Shown here in pieces: positions 11,735 to 21,945 of a stretch of 64,000 nt of DNA. Location: positions 23,646,257 through 23,710,256 of the forward strand of contig CM119267.1 in NCBI GenBank assembly GCA_051294375.1, written 5' to 3'. This DNA comes from Paraspadella gotoi (taxonomy: Eukaryota > Animalia > Chaetognatha). The notes beneath the pieces are model-generated. The model was not told the origin of the DNA and ran no database searches. It was given only the letters and a program-made list of their open reading frames with translations. The position numbers were made by a program, and so were the translations under genes. Numbering within the stretch: position 1 is the first letter of the stretch; each line of letters opens with the position of its first letter.

Positions 11735-12336
11735 TAAATCTTCTGCCAAAATCATGACTCTCAAACAAATAAGTCTCTCTATTACATTTTTACAAATGTT
11801 TTTAAGATTGCTAATCAAATTTTTAAATCAAATTCAAATTCAGTGTAGATTCATTGTAGCTTGAATTTCTTTACCATCTATTTAACTGAAGATTTTGTTC
11901 ATGACTAGAAAACCAACTAAGTAACAAGATTAATTGTTTAATTCTCCCCTTCTAAATTATCCCTTACCGTGTTTTAACTTCTTACCTAAAATTTTTTAAC
12001 AACCAGAGTGAAAAACAAATCTTTAAAAAATGTGCTTACCCATTTAACTTGACAATTTTGTTATTTACTGATTTAAAAAAAAAGATTTAAAACAGAATGT
12101 TTACATATAAATAAAAACTTATTTTTTTGTGATTACTGATTACTATAATGTATTTCTCGATGTATTAGCTCTAATACATCAATGATTACGCATTGTTATG
12201 GTGAATGACCTTTCCTCTTAAAATTTAAACCATAAAAATCTTCCATCTGTTCGCAGTTTGCGTCTAAATTATAATTTCAAATAGAATTACACTTGTAATC
12301 AACATTTTGAAAAGAGTAAAATCTTCAAATAGTATA

Positions 12337-12552
12337 ATGTCATCTTTAAAAAGAAATCCGTCCCGCCGCCCCCCAATTTTTTTCCGGAAATCTCTACGAT
12401 CCGGCGCCGGATCGCGTTGCCGAGACGACGACGCCGACGCCCACGAAGGCGACGACGACGACGAAGCCGTTGAAGCCGGAAAAATGAATCGGCGCCGAAC
12501 ACCTCAATCCACTTTTCGTGCAATTCTTGCAGGACGCCGTGCAGATGCCTGA
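12337..12552 (+). other. Possible short coding exon (basic then acidic)
   Basis: ATG-initiated GC-rich frame MSSLKRNPSRRPPIFFRKSLRSGAGSRCRDDDADAHEGDDDDEAVEAGK. May pair with the open frame at 13442-13590 (VADWCRVNEERVLDAVEVRIAMDKVF). No homology recognised. Confidence 0.25.
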
Positions 12553-12778
12553 GTGGGACTCTATGGTTGAAGGGAAGGGGGGTAGGATTGATTGTTAATC
12601 GATTGAGTCATTGATTGATTGATAGATTAATAATTTGCGAAAATATTCGATAGAAATAGAAATATTTAGGACTAAGCTCTGACGAACAAAGCCAGAGGTT
12701 TTTTTAATATATTCTTATACCGGCCAAGGTAGAATGATGGCAATAATAATGAATGATGGCAAGAATGATGGCAATAAT

Positions 12779-13021
12779 CATACAATTGAAACATTCTTTG
12801 AAATATTTTCCACTTCATCGATAGGGAAGCCAGGTACTCTGGGAGTGAATAAACGGGACTGTGAGAGAGTCTTGATTGAAAGCTTGCAGGGACCTGCTAT
12901 GTCATTATCTTGTAAGAGTGATGGAGGCCTTAAACCACCAAAGCCTGTCCAAAGTCAGGGGCAAGATAGCTTATTTATTAAATGAATGGATAATTTTTAT
13001 ATTGGTTGTACCAATTTCATA
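12779..13021 (+). mobile_element. ~240-bp dispersed repeat (family copy 1)
   Basis: Near-identical reverse copies at 52100-52339 and 52420-52607. 3' fragments at ~17683-17726 and ~55423-55557. Most end at (GTACC)AATTTCATA. Confidence 0.85.
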
Positions 13022-13360
13022 AATATAAATTTTCAAAAAAATCCAACCATAAATATAGAAAATATTAACCAAAATCTTCGGAAAATCCACCCCTTCTTTG
13101 GAAGATTTTCGCCATAGAAGATTTTTTCCCGAATCTGACTCCCGGTTGAAAACTCTTAGAATTCTGATCGTTAGCTCCTCTTTTATTTTTACTTTAAATA
13201 AAAAATTCACCAAAATGGACTCAATCTCTTCCTCGATCTCTAAGAACGACGTCGGCTCCTAAAATATTGGTTTGCGGCTGTGAAGGTTTTGAAGCCACGG
13301 GGTCACTGGCGAAGTATACTGATAAAGTATTACGCGAGATATGCGCATTTTTAATGTAAG

Positions 13361-13480
13361 CGGAACAGACCGACAGACAGACATACCCAGAGACCGACCT
13401 ACCGACCGACTGAAAAGCGACTCTTCGAGTAACTCACTGTTGTGCATGCAGCAACCGTCGCTGACTGGTGTCGAGTTAAC
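13361..13480. mobile_element. Helentron/HINE-like fragment
   Basis: GACC/GACA tetranucleotide microsatellite followed by AAAAGCGACTCTTCGAGT and palindromic sequence; resembles 59855-59926. Confidence 0.45.
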
Positions 13481-14585
13481 GAGGAACGTGTGCTCGATGC
13501 AGTAGAAGTTCGAATAGCAATGGATAAAGTTTTCGCAGGAGATCAACGCAGCCAGCGACAGGACGAGTACAAAGCAGAGATTCATTGGTTGCGAAGAGAG
13601 ATGCTCCTTTTTTTTTTAAAGAAAGAATTAAGTTATTAATTTTCTTTTTTTATGTTTGGTTTATATTAAGAGTTAGACAAAAGAAGTAATGATTGATTTT
13701 AAGGATATGATTTGGAATGGAAAATTTTTTGAAAAATTGGAGAGAGAAACTAAAAAAGTTACAAAACATGATTTTATTAAATTTAAATTAAATGAAATTA
13801 AGTGAAACGATTGTTTTCACATTCACAGTGTTAGAAACCATTATCGAAAAATTTAAAAAAAATTTTTGAGACTTTTGCAAGAAATTAGAACCTTCTTTTT
13901 TTAAGATACGGATGTTCTATATACAATGTACAATGTACAATATAATTAAAGATTAAGAAAAAACGTTGTTCACTTATGCATGTAAGCTAAAGCACATCAA
14001 ATGACTAAATTAGACAATAAAATTTTTCTGCAGGAAGTTTTATCAACAGCAATGTTACAGATCCTTGTATAAATTTACTGAACAATAAAAAGGTAAATAT
14101 GAACAATGCAAAAAAATGGCGGAAACTTCTCGTTAGATCTTGCTTAAGAGACAAGAGACAAAAACAAGAAAATATGAAACTTACAATTTTTTTTTTGTTC
14201 GTTTTGTTTTGTTTTTTGTCATTCTATGGGGAGGTTCACAAAACATTTAGTAAAATATTCAAAAAATTGAATGAGCGTTAGGTTTGTCATGGGAGAAAAT
14301 AATTTTGAAAATATACAGTTGTACAACATCAATATTTAAGTAAAATATGAGTAAGCGGCAAAATTACATTAAATTACTTTTAAAATTTTTTTTCTGGTTG
14401 ATTTTGATTAAATGTAATGTTAAAAAAACAAAAATTTTTAATTTATAATGTTTAAAGCAAAATAGTTTTTAATTTCAACAACGATTTTTTTACACAATTT
14501 ATAATGTAAATACTTATTGTACATATAAAACTTTGGCCAAAAAATAGGACGGAAACATCTGGAATCCCACGCAGGCTTAAACTTC

Positions 14586-14742
14586 CTATTCGATCTCGCT
14601 CAAAAAAATCAACATCGGACAAAACAAGAGCAGAAAAATGAAGAAATTATTATTTTCCAACGATTTTTCTTCGAGATAAAAAAGTAGATCCCCGAATACC
14701 CGCGTCAGATTCATCAGCCTCGGGTCCGTCAAGCGAAACATC
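14586..14742 (-). CDS. Candidate terminal exon downstream of the 455-aa membrane ORF
   Basis: CTATTTCAG acceptor. Joined to donor CAG|GTAGGG at 15778 it continues in frame as RMFRLTDPRLMNLTRVFGDLLFYLEEKSLENNNFFIFLLLFCPMLIFLSEIE*. Confidence 0.45.
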
Positions 14743-15233
14743 CTGAAATAGAAATCTACTATGAAATTAAATTCAATAGGAGCGGGCCGTTCAAAACTTG
14801 AGTCAGGTAAAAACAGAATTTTTTAAAAATGTTCAATTTTAATGCTTTTATTGTTGCTATTAATATTCCAATAAAAAATTATGTTTTGATTTTAAGATAA
14901 TTTTTAAAAAAATGATTGTTTTCAATATTTATTATTAAAATGCCATATTTGGTAGCAATTAAAAAATATTTGTATAAAAAAGTAATACTAATTTATGGCT
15001 AACCCTTTTATATGTTTAATTCCATTATAATTTTGTTAATTCTATATTGCAAACATCAGTCAGAAAAAGAAGTGTCAGCTATACTAACCTTTGGAAATCA
15101 CTTTTTCTTAATTCTATTTTAAAACTTTGACTTTAAAGTTTTGCTATATTCTACTTCCTGAACCAATTCAAATTTTTCTTGCACCAATCAAAAGCTCTTT
15201 AAAAGAACTGAAGAGACAGTAATTATTGTTATG

Positions 15234-15442
15234 TGTTAGTGACAGAACCGTTCAATATAAGCAGTCCCTGAGCTTCGGATCAGGCTGTAATAACGTGTTA
15301 CAGGCGGGTTAAGCGCCCCGTCCCTCTTAACTGCTAAGCGGCCACCGGGCTAGAACCCTGGACCTTTGGGTTGGGAGGCAAACGACTTGCCTCCGGCACC
15401 AATGGCCGCTGATGAACGGTTGGTGGATTTTAGTCCACCACA
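15234..15442 (-). mobile_element. 209-bp TGT...ACA element containing a tRNA-Gly(CCC)-like module and multi-stem 3' domain
   Basis: Perfect 7-bp acceptor stem GCGGCCA/TGGCCGC (15409-15338), CT-CCC-AA loop, GGGTTCTAGCCC T-arm. Enclosed by AACCGTTCA/TGAACGGTT. Imperfect terminal IR TGTGGTGGAC...GTCACTAACA. Confidence 0.65.
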
Positions 15443-15773
15443 GAGCTATACTTTTCATATATATTTTCTCAATATTAAAAAAGAACTAGTGGTGTATTTA
15501 AAGCTACCTAGTGTCTTCTTTTTTTTGCGCCGCAGTGTATGATCAAAATATCGAGAAAAAAAAAATCAAACTTTGTGCAAGCAACTTTTTGCAAGCTAAT
15601 TGAATCTGATCTTTAAAATAATTTTAACCTTTCTTATCTATAAATAAATATTAAAAAAATAATATATGGGATATCGAATAAAAAAAATTTGGCTATTCAC
15701 ATTTTTAGAAAAATGTTTAAATTTTCGTTTGAGCAGGTGCTCATTTCAAATTTCTTACTGAGTTAGACTACCC

Positions 15774-17141
15774 CTACCTGAAGACTCTCGGCCGAATCAG
15801 CGCCTTCGTCCGAACGTCGGCGCAGAGCCGCGCCATTCGAAGCAGCGGCGCCGCGATCTGCGAAGTCAGGGCGCAGGGGCGCAATGCGTCGCAGATTTTG
15901 TGCTGGTTGCCTTCTAAAGAAACCTCAGAATAAACTGAGTCAAAAAAATTGCGTTTGGAAAAAGGGCTTTTCTTTGGGTGAACCAAAGAACCGGCAGAAA
16001 TATACAGGGTCAAGCCGAGAATTAGAGGCGCGACATTTTTTAACCGTTTGTGATCACAAAATGGGATTTTTGTGAAAAATACAATCGTAAGAAGGTAAAA
16101 TGGCGTGAGAGAAAGGCCCGACAAGAAATATAAGTTTTCCTTGACGAATATATAAGCCAATAGGTTAACTTGTATTGAATCCACATATGAAGATAAAAGC
16201 GTTGTTTCATCTGAAACTTCTAATGATTCACAAAGTTTCCTGAAATACTTCAGAGAAGATAATTCGCATTTTTGTAGCCATATATTCAGCATAGGAAACG
16301 AGACTAATGGGAGAACTAAACTTAATATTCCAATCAGGGAATTACAAAGCAGCTTGTGATTGTTCAAAAGCCAAAATAAGCGTTCTTTCATCAAACTACA
16401 AATAACTATCATTAAAAAAATTAAATAATAGTTAGATAGAAAAGATCCACATTTATATAAATTCGACTGAGCATCGGCGTGATGGTTTAATAAAAGAAAA
16501 CGTTCAACTTTTGTCTCGTCAAAATCTCGCGGTTTTTGATACACGAAATAATTATTTAACCCGTACCCGTCTTGTTTTTCCAAGACGACTTCTAAATTAA
16601 GAATACGAATAGAGTTGTACAAATTTATGTACAAAATAATACCAGAACTCGTCAAAAGAATTAACTTAAATAGCAAAATTTTCAAAAATCCCTTTATGAG
16701 AAGAAAAACCACTTGGTTGGTGAAGCTCAAGACCAACTCGCACCAAAACATGAGCGAAACTAAGCGAAAGTCGGGGTACAAAAGAAAATGATTGCCCATA
16801 CTTATAGTAACTAAGGAAGGGAACATTTCCATTTTGCTCCCGCTCTCTTGCGTAAAATTTTTAACGCAGTTTGGATCGAATTTGAAGTCATAATCAAAAA
16901 ACTTTAAGTTACTCCAGGTTTCTTGTTGAGCAATACCCATGGTCGAGTAACACAAAAAATGTTTAAATCTCATCTGTTGAGTTCGGTCCATCTTGAAAAC
17001 GAGAACTGGGAATACACGATGTTCCAACTTGCCAATTCCCCATTTCAACAGAACATATGTGGTTTTGTTGCTTTGTAATTTGGCGGCAAAGAAGAAAGAG
17101 AATAGAGCAAGGTTCAGCAGAGAGCAGATAATTTTTTGCAT
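15774..17141 (-). CDS. Multi-pass membrane protein ORF (455 aa); possibly the 3' part or a paralogue of the XK-related gene
   Basis: 1368-bp stop-free frame in AT-rich non-repetitive DNA with several hydrophobic segments. LYISAGSLVHPKK resembles the HP motif after the last XK helix. The ATG is preceded by ACAG, a possible acceptor. Confidence 0.75.
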   Translation of the reverse strand: MQKIICSLLNLALFSFFFAAKLQSNKTTYVLLKWGIGKLEHRVFPVLVFKMDRTQQMRFKHFLCYSTMGIAQQETWSNLKFFDYDFKFDPNCVKNFTQESGSKMEMFPSLVTISMGNHFLLYPDFRLVSLMFWCELVLSFTNQVVFLLIKGFLKILLFKLILLTSSGIILYINLYNSIRILNLEVVLEKQDGYGLNNYFVYQKPRDFDETKVERFLLLNHHADAQSNLYKCGSFLSNYYLIFLMIVICSLMKERLFWLLNNHKLLCNSLIGILSLVLPLVSFPMLNIWLQKCELSSLKYFRKLCESLEVSDETTLLSSYVDSIQVNLLAYIFVKENLYFLSGLSLTPFYLLTIVFFTKIPFCDHKRLKNVAPLILGLTLYISAGSLVHPKKSPFSKRNFFDSVYSEVSLEGNQHKICDALRPCALTSQIAAPLLRMARLCADVRTKALIRPRVFR

Positions 17142-17325
17142 CTGTTTTGTTTTTTTATAGAGCTGAATTGTATATTATCATTTTATTTTAATAGAAGGCA
17201 TAAAAGAAATTTACATAAAAAACGATTGCAACTGCTAGTTTTCTTTTGATCCTTTGCCAGCAACTGTTCAAAGTTATACTAGCATTGTCTTGCTTTTTCT
17301 AACGCAGGTGAGAAATCACTAATAC

Positions 17326-17520
17326 TGTGGTGAGGATAAGGTGCTAACTGGGCTGAAGAGGTATCTTCTGCACCTCCTCATCAGCAAGTCTTGGAATGGA
17401 ACCAGGCTGAAGGGTTTTCCACCAGCCAAAAGCGGTTTACAGCCGATCTCATGCTTCCCATAGAGAAGGTTCTATAGGATATTGTGCACAATGATCATGA
17501 GCTGATAGACTTCCTCAGTA
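17326..17520 (-). mobile_element. 5'-truncated copy of the TGT...ACA tRNA-Met-bearing family
   Basis: Minus strand ATCAGCTCATGATC...GGCTGTAAACCGCTTT...AGCCTGGTTCC...TCTTCAGCCCAGTTAGCACCTTATCCTCACCACA. Confidence 0.7.
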
Positions 17521-18524
17521 AAGATTTTTTATTACTCTAAACGAACTCAATATGATTGATATTTAATCATTTTATTAGTTAGAAAATTCTCTGACGTTTA
17601 TGTTCCTATGTATTAAATTGGGAATACAATCACAACAACTGGTGCGCTTGCTTTCCAGCAGAATTCAATTTCAAACTCATTGTTAAATGAATGGATAATT
17701 TTTATATTGGTTGTACCAATTTCATATTATAATTTCTTTTATTCATTATTTAGTATAATGTCTAATGTAAAAATTTCTTATGAATATATTTCAAGGTTTA
17801 GTGAAATAACAGGAGCTTGCCAGATCAATTATCTTTTTTTTTCAAATCTGAAATATTTTCTATAAGTTTTAACTAGAAAAACTATAAAATGTGAAAAAGT
17901 TTTTGACATTCTGATTGCTCAGAAACATAATTTAATGTCCAATATTTGTAAGATAAACCCTAATTTTTTAACATTTTTATTTCTTTTCATAAAAATATAC
18001 ACGGTGACACACGACAACCTGCCGCTATAAAAAAAATCGTTTTTTAAGTATTAAATTATTATTAGCTATTTTAGCATAATCTTTTTAAAACTTTTTTATA
18101 ATACTTATATTATCATTATAGTTTAAATATGTTAGATATTTGAAAAATACATTTTAAGATTTTATTATTTCAATTTTGATTACCTTGATTATATTAAAGC
18201 TGGTTAAGCTTATTTTTATATTATAATATTTGTAAATATATAATTCTCTTAAAATTTTCAGGAGCTTTTAAAAGATATTAATATTGATACCTTTTTATAT
18301 AAAAATTTGTTAAAATATTTTGAGAAAATTACATAAAAAAATTGTATCTTTTCCTTTCTTGTTGTTATTATATGTTAATTTAAGTTGTAAGTTTAAAATT
18401 TTGTATAGTACAACAAATTTAATATTTAATTTGGGACATGTTTTGGTCTTTTCACTCTGTAGTACTTTTTTTATATGATTGGTGGTTTTAGTCAATGAGG
18501 TTCATTCACAACGAGGGTAGTAAG

Positions 18525-19097
18525 CTATACAATTTTAATTTTAATATTTTCGATGCTCAGTAAATTATTAAGTTTTGTTGATAATATACATCCCAGGCAT
18601 TGCTTAGCATCAACAATTGCTGAGCTATCTCTATCTCGCCAAATCCCAGTGAGAACAGCCCTCAACTCTGCTGGCGTAAAAGCGCGGAAAATCAAAAGGA
18701 TAGAGAGGAAAACAAACCAGGGACAGAAATCCACCGTCACTCTGTAAATAGAGACGAGGCCGAAGGTAACGCCTAAAACGCAATCAAGCGTTGCTAAGAA
18801 GCGACTGAGGATCTTTAACTGAACTTTCCCACAGCCAAGTAGTTGGCTCGAATCCGCAGATAACCTGGCTATGCTCATGGTGGAAAGAGCTATGGAAGCC
18901 AATTCAATGTAATTTTGAATGGCCCAACCACAACGATATTCAAAATGCGACACCATGTGGGTTCCCACAATTGATTTGCAGAAACATTTTATGTTCCTTG
19001 TACGGAATGTCTTGTTGGAGGAGACTACGAAGACATTGCCACTCTCTGAGGTGACACTCCTTGACGATTTTTTAAAAAGATCATTTGTAAAGCAAAC
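18525..19097 (-). CDS. XK-related protein exon 5 (terminal if unspliced; 341 aa total)
   Basis: CCCTTCTCAG acceptor, phase 0. Cys-containing loop, then ELASIALSTMSIARLS (XK-type SxxxSxxS helix) and further hydrophobic segments. 3' boundary uncertain. Confidence 0.75.
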   Translation of the reverse strand, partial: VCFTNDLFKKSSRSVTSESGNVFVVSSNKTFRTRNIKCFCKSIVGTHMVSHFEYRCGWAIQNYIELASIALSTMSIARLSADSSQLLGCGKVQLKILSRFLATLDCVLGVTFGLVSIYRVTVDFCPWFVFLSILLIFRAFTPAELRAVLTGIWRDRDSSAIVDAKQCLGCILSTKLNNLLSIENIKIKIV

Positions 19098-19478
19098 CTG
19101 AGAAGGGACAAAAGGAATTTTGTTATTAAATGAAAACAAAAACAAATGAGAAAAAACTATCATCAGTAGGCCATAGTTATTATCAAAGGAAAAGTAAAAT
19201 TGTTTTAAACAAGGCTATAAAATTTTTTTATTTGTACCATTTAAGGAAAAACTCATGGATTTCGATGGTGAAATCAACCGAGGTTATATTTCTGAGAATA
19301 AAGGTGACGGTGAGACACACGCAGGAGTCTTGATCAATTCTACTGAAACTAAAACAAGCTAGGTCTAGATCGCCCGAGTCTCCGATCGAATTTGCTTTTG
19401 GTGGCTTGATACTCCTGCGATGGTACAGTAACATGATTGATACTTGGTACTTTATAAGTATACAAATGTGGGATTCGA

Positions 19479-20056
19479 TCCCAATGGTACTGTCTGTTAA
19501 CTTTAACATATTGTGCGGAACTGTGTTTTTAAATTTTATTTCTGAGATAACAATGTCAAAGTTAAGTTCTTACCATTTATGATACTATCTTCAATTTTGA
19601 AATATTTTTCTGTCCAAAATATTTAATCCAAATGAGTCCTCATTTTTCACTTTTTTAATTTTAAATAATTTATTTATTTTAAAATAAATTTTATTAAAAA
19701 TTATGTAAAAATATTTTAAATTGTTATAAATTATTTAAATTTTAATTTTTATAAATTCGGTGCATTAATAAAATGAAATAAACAAATATAAAAAAAACAA
19801 AAATTAATAAAAATATGCTAATTAATTTGATATTTAAATTCTATTATTTGAAGTTGTGAGCGATTGAATCATTAAACCTGAACAAAATGGTTGCTATTTA
19901 TTCTATAAATTATTATTAAATCAATTAAAAAGTAATATGAACAAGGTAAGTTGATAATTTGGTCTATACTTGTGCGCTTATTCATTATAATAAATTAAAG
20001 TTTTTCGATCTGGTATTGGAGCAGTAAACTTTTCTTAACAGACAGTACCATTGGGA
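19479..20056. mobile_element. MITE-like insertion with perfect 22-bp inverted repeats, in XK intron 4
   Basis: TCCCAATGGTACTGTCTGTTAA (19479-19500) / TTAACAGACAGTACCATTGGGA (20035-20056) around a very AT-rich interior; no clear TSD. Confidence 0.7.
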
Positions 20057-20248
20057 CACACTGTATAGTGTATAATAATCATTGTAACATATCTCAAATA
20101 ATTCTTTTTTCTAGAGTGGAAAGTATATCATACCCAATGAAAAAATCTTCCAAACATATTTCGAATATCTTTTAAAAAATAACTCCAAAGCACAGGTCAT
20201 AATAACCTTTTTCAAGCACACACATCGAGCATGCGTACTATAGAATAC

Positions 20249-20379
20249 CTCCTTTGATCCCCTTGTCCACTCCAAAGCCGCAGCCGCAACTTGAAGGAGA
20301 AGTTGAGGAAAAGATTCCAGAAGTACTTGTATAAATTGGAGGTTTGAGTCCAATCGTCGCTTCAATGCAAATGATTTAC
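20249..20379 (-). CDS. XK-related protein exon 4 (ESFPQLLLQ signature)
   Basis: GKSFALKRRLDSNLQFIQVLLESFPQLLLQVAAAALEWTRGSKE; ExxPQLxLQ is the XK/XKR/CED-8 hallmark; phases 1 in, 0 out. Confidence 0.88.
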
Positions 20380-21254
20380 CTTAAATGATTGATTGATAGA
20401 GTGATTAATATAATTGATTTAATTGGTTTTGTTAGAATATATAGATTGATTTACTGAGTTGATTTTTATTAACAGATTTGATTAAATAGAAACTCGCATG
20501 ATGGGAAGAAGAAGATACTCCCAAGAGGGGTTGTCTCTAACTTTTTAACTTCTTTTAGATCGAGTAGATAACTCACATTATTATTAATATTCTATCTCCA
20601 TCATAATATATCTTTTCAGATTTGTAGTGAAAAAAATGGTCTAAGGCAAGCAGTAAAAATGATTGATCTCATATGAGGCATACTAAGCTTTTGTTATTGC
20701 TGTACAATGTGATCCTTTATAAAATCTTTGATTTTTCTTTTTTTGGATTTTTTTGATACTTGATACTGATAATACATCCGAAGGTATATAAAAATATTCA
20801 TTTTGTTCATAGAAAGGTTACCCAGAGCTTTATGACTTTTACTAATGCTGTGCAAAAAAAAGAGGACACCCAAAAACATTATGAAAAGAAATTAAGTTAG
20901 ATTCCTTTAAAATGAAAGATATTATAAGTAAATAATATTCATGGAAAAAGGAACTATTGGTGTAAATTTGGTTAATACGTGGCTATCCGTTACGAATACA
21001 AAGTACAAAAAATTAAGGTACTTGTAACCTCTTGTGTTTGAGGTGCTGTAGCTCTGGAATGATTGGACCCATTTTATTTTAAGTTACACAGATGGATTCC
21101 TCATTCAAAAGTCTTTATTTACCATTCATAATATTTAAGAAAACATAAATACAATGCCCATAAATTAAGGCTAAAAAGTATTTTCGGTTTTTGGCAGATG
21201 TTTTGACTTTGTAAATCTAATATTTTGATGAAGACTTACAACTAAGTCAAAACA

Positions 21255-21464
21255 TGTTTAAACCACCGTACAAAGGACCGATTGTAAGCCCCACGCTTTA
21301 AATTTTTCCAACTCCTCACCGGCCCAGCCAATCTAGTATACCGGTAGAAAGCCTACCGCCGGATCCGGAGTTCCGTAAAGCAAGGCAAATAATAGAAAAA
21401 TCTCCCAGACCCACGGAGCACACAAAGTGTGGGGCGACCTCCTGTCTTCCCTGTCACTTTAACA
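21255..21464 (+). mobile_element. 210-bp TGT...ACA structured element without recognisable tRNA, in XK intron 3
   Basis: Termini TGTTTAAA...TTTAACA. The 3' end CTGTCACTTTAACA resembles CTGTCACTAACA of the 15234 element. Internal stems GCCCCACGCTTT/AAAGTGTGGGGC, CGGTAG/CTACCG, GTTCCGT/ACGGAGC. Confidence 0.5.
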
Positions 21465-21515
21465 TGTGTGTTTGCAACTATGGTAAATATAGAAAATTAA
21501 TAAAATTCAACCAAC

Positions 21516-21634
21516 CGTGAAATTCTTCGTCAAGAAAAATGTCCATCTTGATGGATATCAATCCAAGTCCAAGAGCGTGAAAAGCGATGGTGATCCACAT
21601 TCGAAAATGATTTTTGGTCAAACGGGGAAAATGC
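21516..21634 (-). CDS. XK-related protein exon 3
   Basis: TTTAG acceptor; RHFPRLTKNHFRMWITIAFHALGLGLISIKMDIFLDEEFH; phases 2 in, 1 out match neighbours. Confidence 0.8.
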
Positions 21635-21787
21635 CTAAATATGCGATTATTTTTTTTTTAGAATTGAAACTTAGTATTTGACGGAATTGATAATTCAATT
21701 TGCTAATGAGGTGACAATTTTTCAGTCTGGCATCATATCTTAAACAAATGAATCTCAAAGCTTAATTAATAATATTAGCAACTTCAC

Positions 21788-21945
21788 CTTTTATTCTTCA
21801 TTAAAACTCTGACTCCGCAAAGGAGAGAGACCAAATTGTGTGTGAGCAACACAAGAAGCAACGCCCATCCAATGACCCTGAAGTAGGATCCCTCGGAGGC
21901 GACCAATTTCCATGTGACTTTGATATCGCTGCCAACATCGACGAT
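21788..21945 (-). CDS. XK-related protein exon 2 (DxxSD motif)
   Basis: TGTCCAG acceptor; IVDVGSDIKVTWKLVASEGSYFRVIGWALLLVLLTHNLVSLLCGVRVLMKNK; donor AAG|GTGAAG. Confidence 0.85.

Noticed and set aside
15338-15409. Functional tRNA-Gly gene
   Set aside because: D arm and anticodon stem pair poorly and the T loop is short; treated as a tRNA-derived module. The same applies to the tRNA-Met-like unit at 34564-34640.
19228-19509. 93-aa ORF as an extra XK exon
   Set aside because: Available acceptors are out of phase with exon 4, and its start overlaps a MITE inverted repeat.
20577-20640. Possible 64-nt XK cassette exon with GTGAGT donor
   Set aside because: Inclusion shifts the frame into a stop at exon 4; exon 3 joins exon 4 in frame without it.
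21280-21440. RNase MRP RNA (AAGCCCC/GGGGC resembling P4)
   Set aside because: CR-I/CR-V consensus is incomplete and the pairing extends as a simple 12-bp stem.
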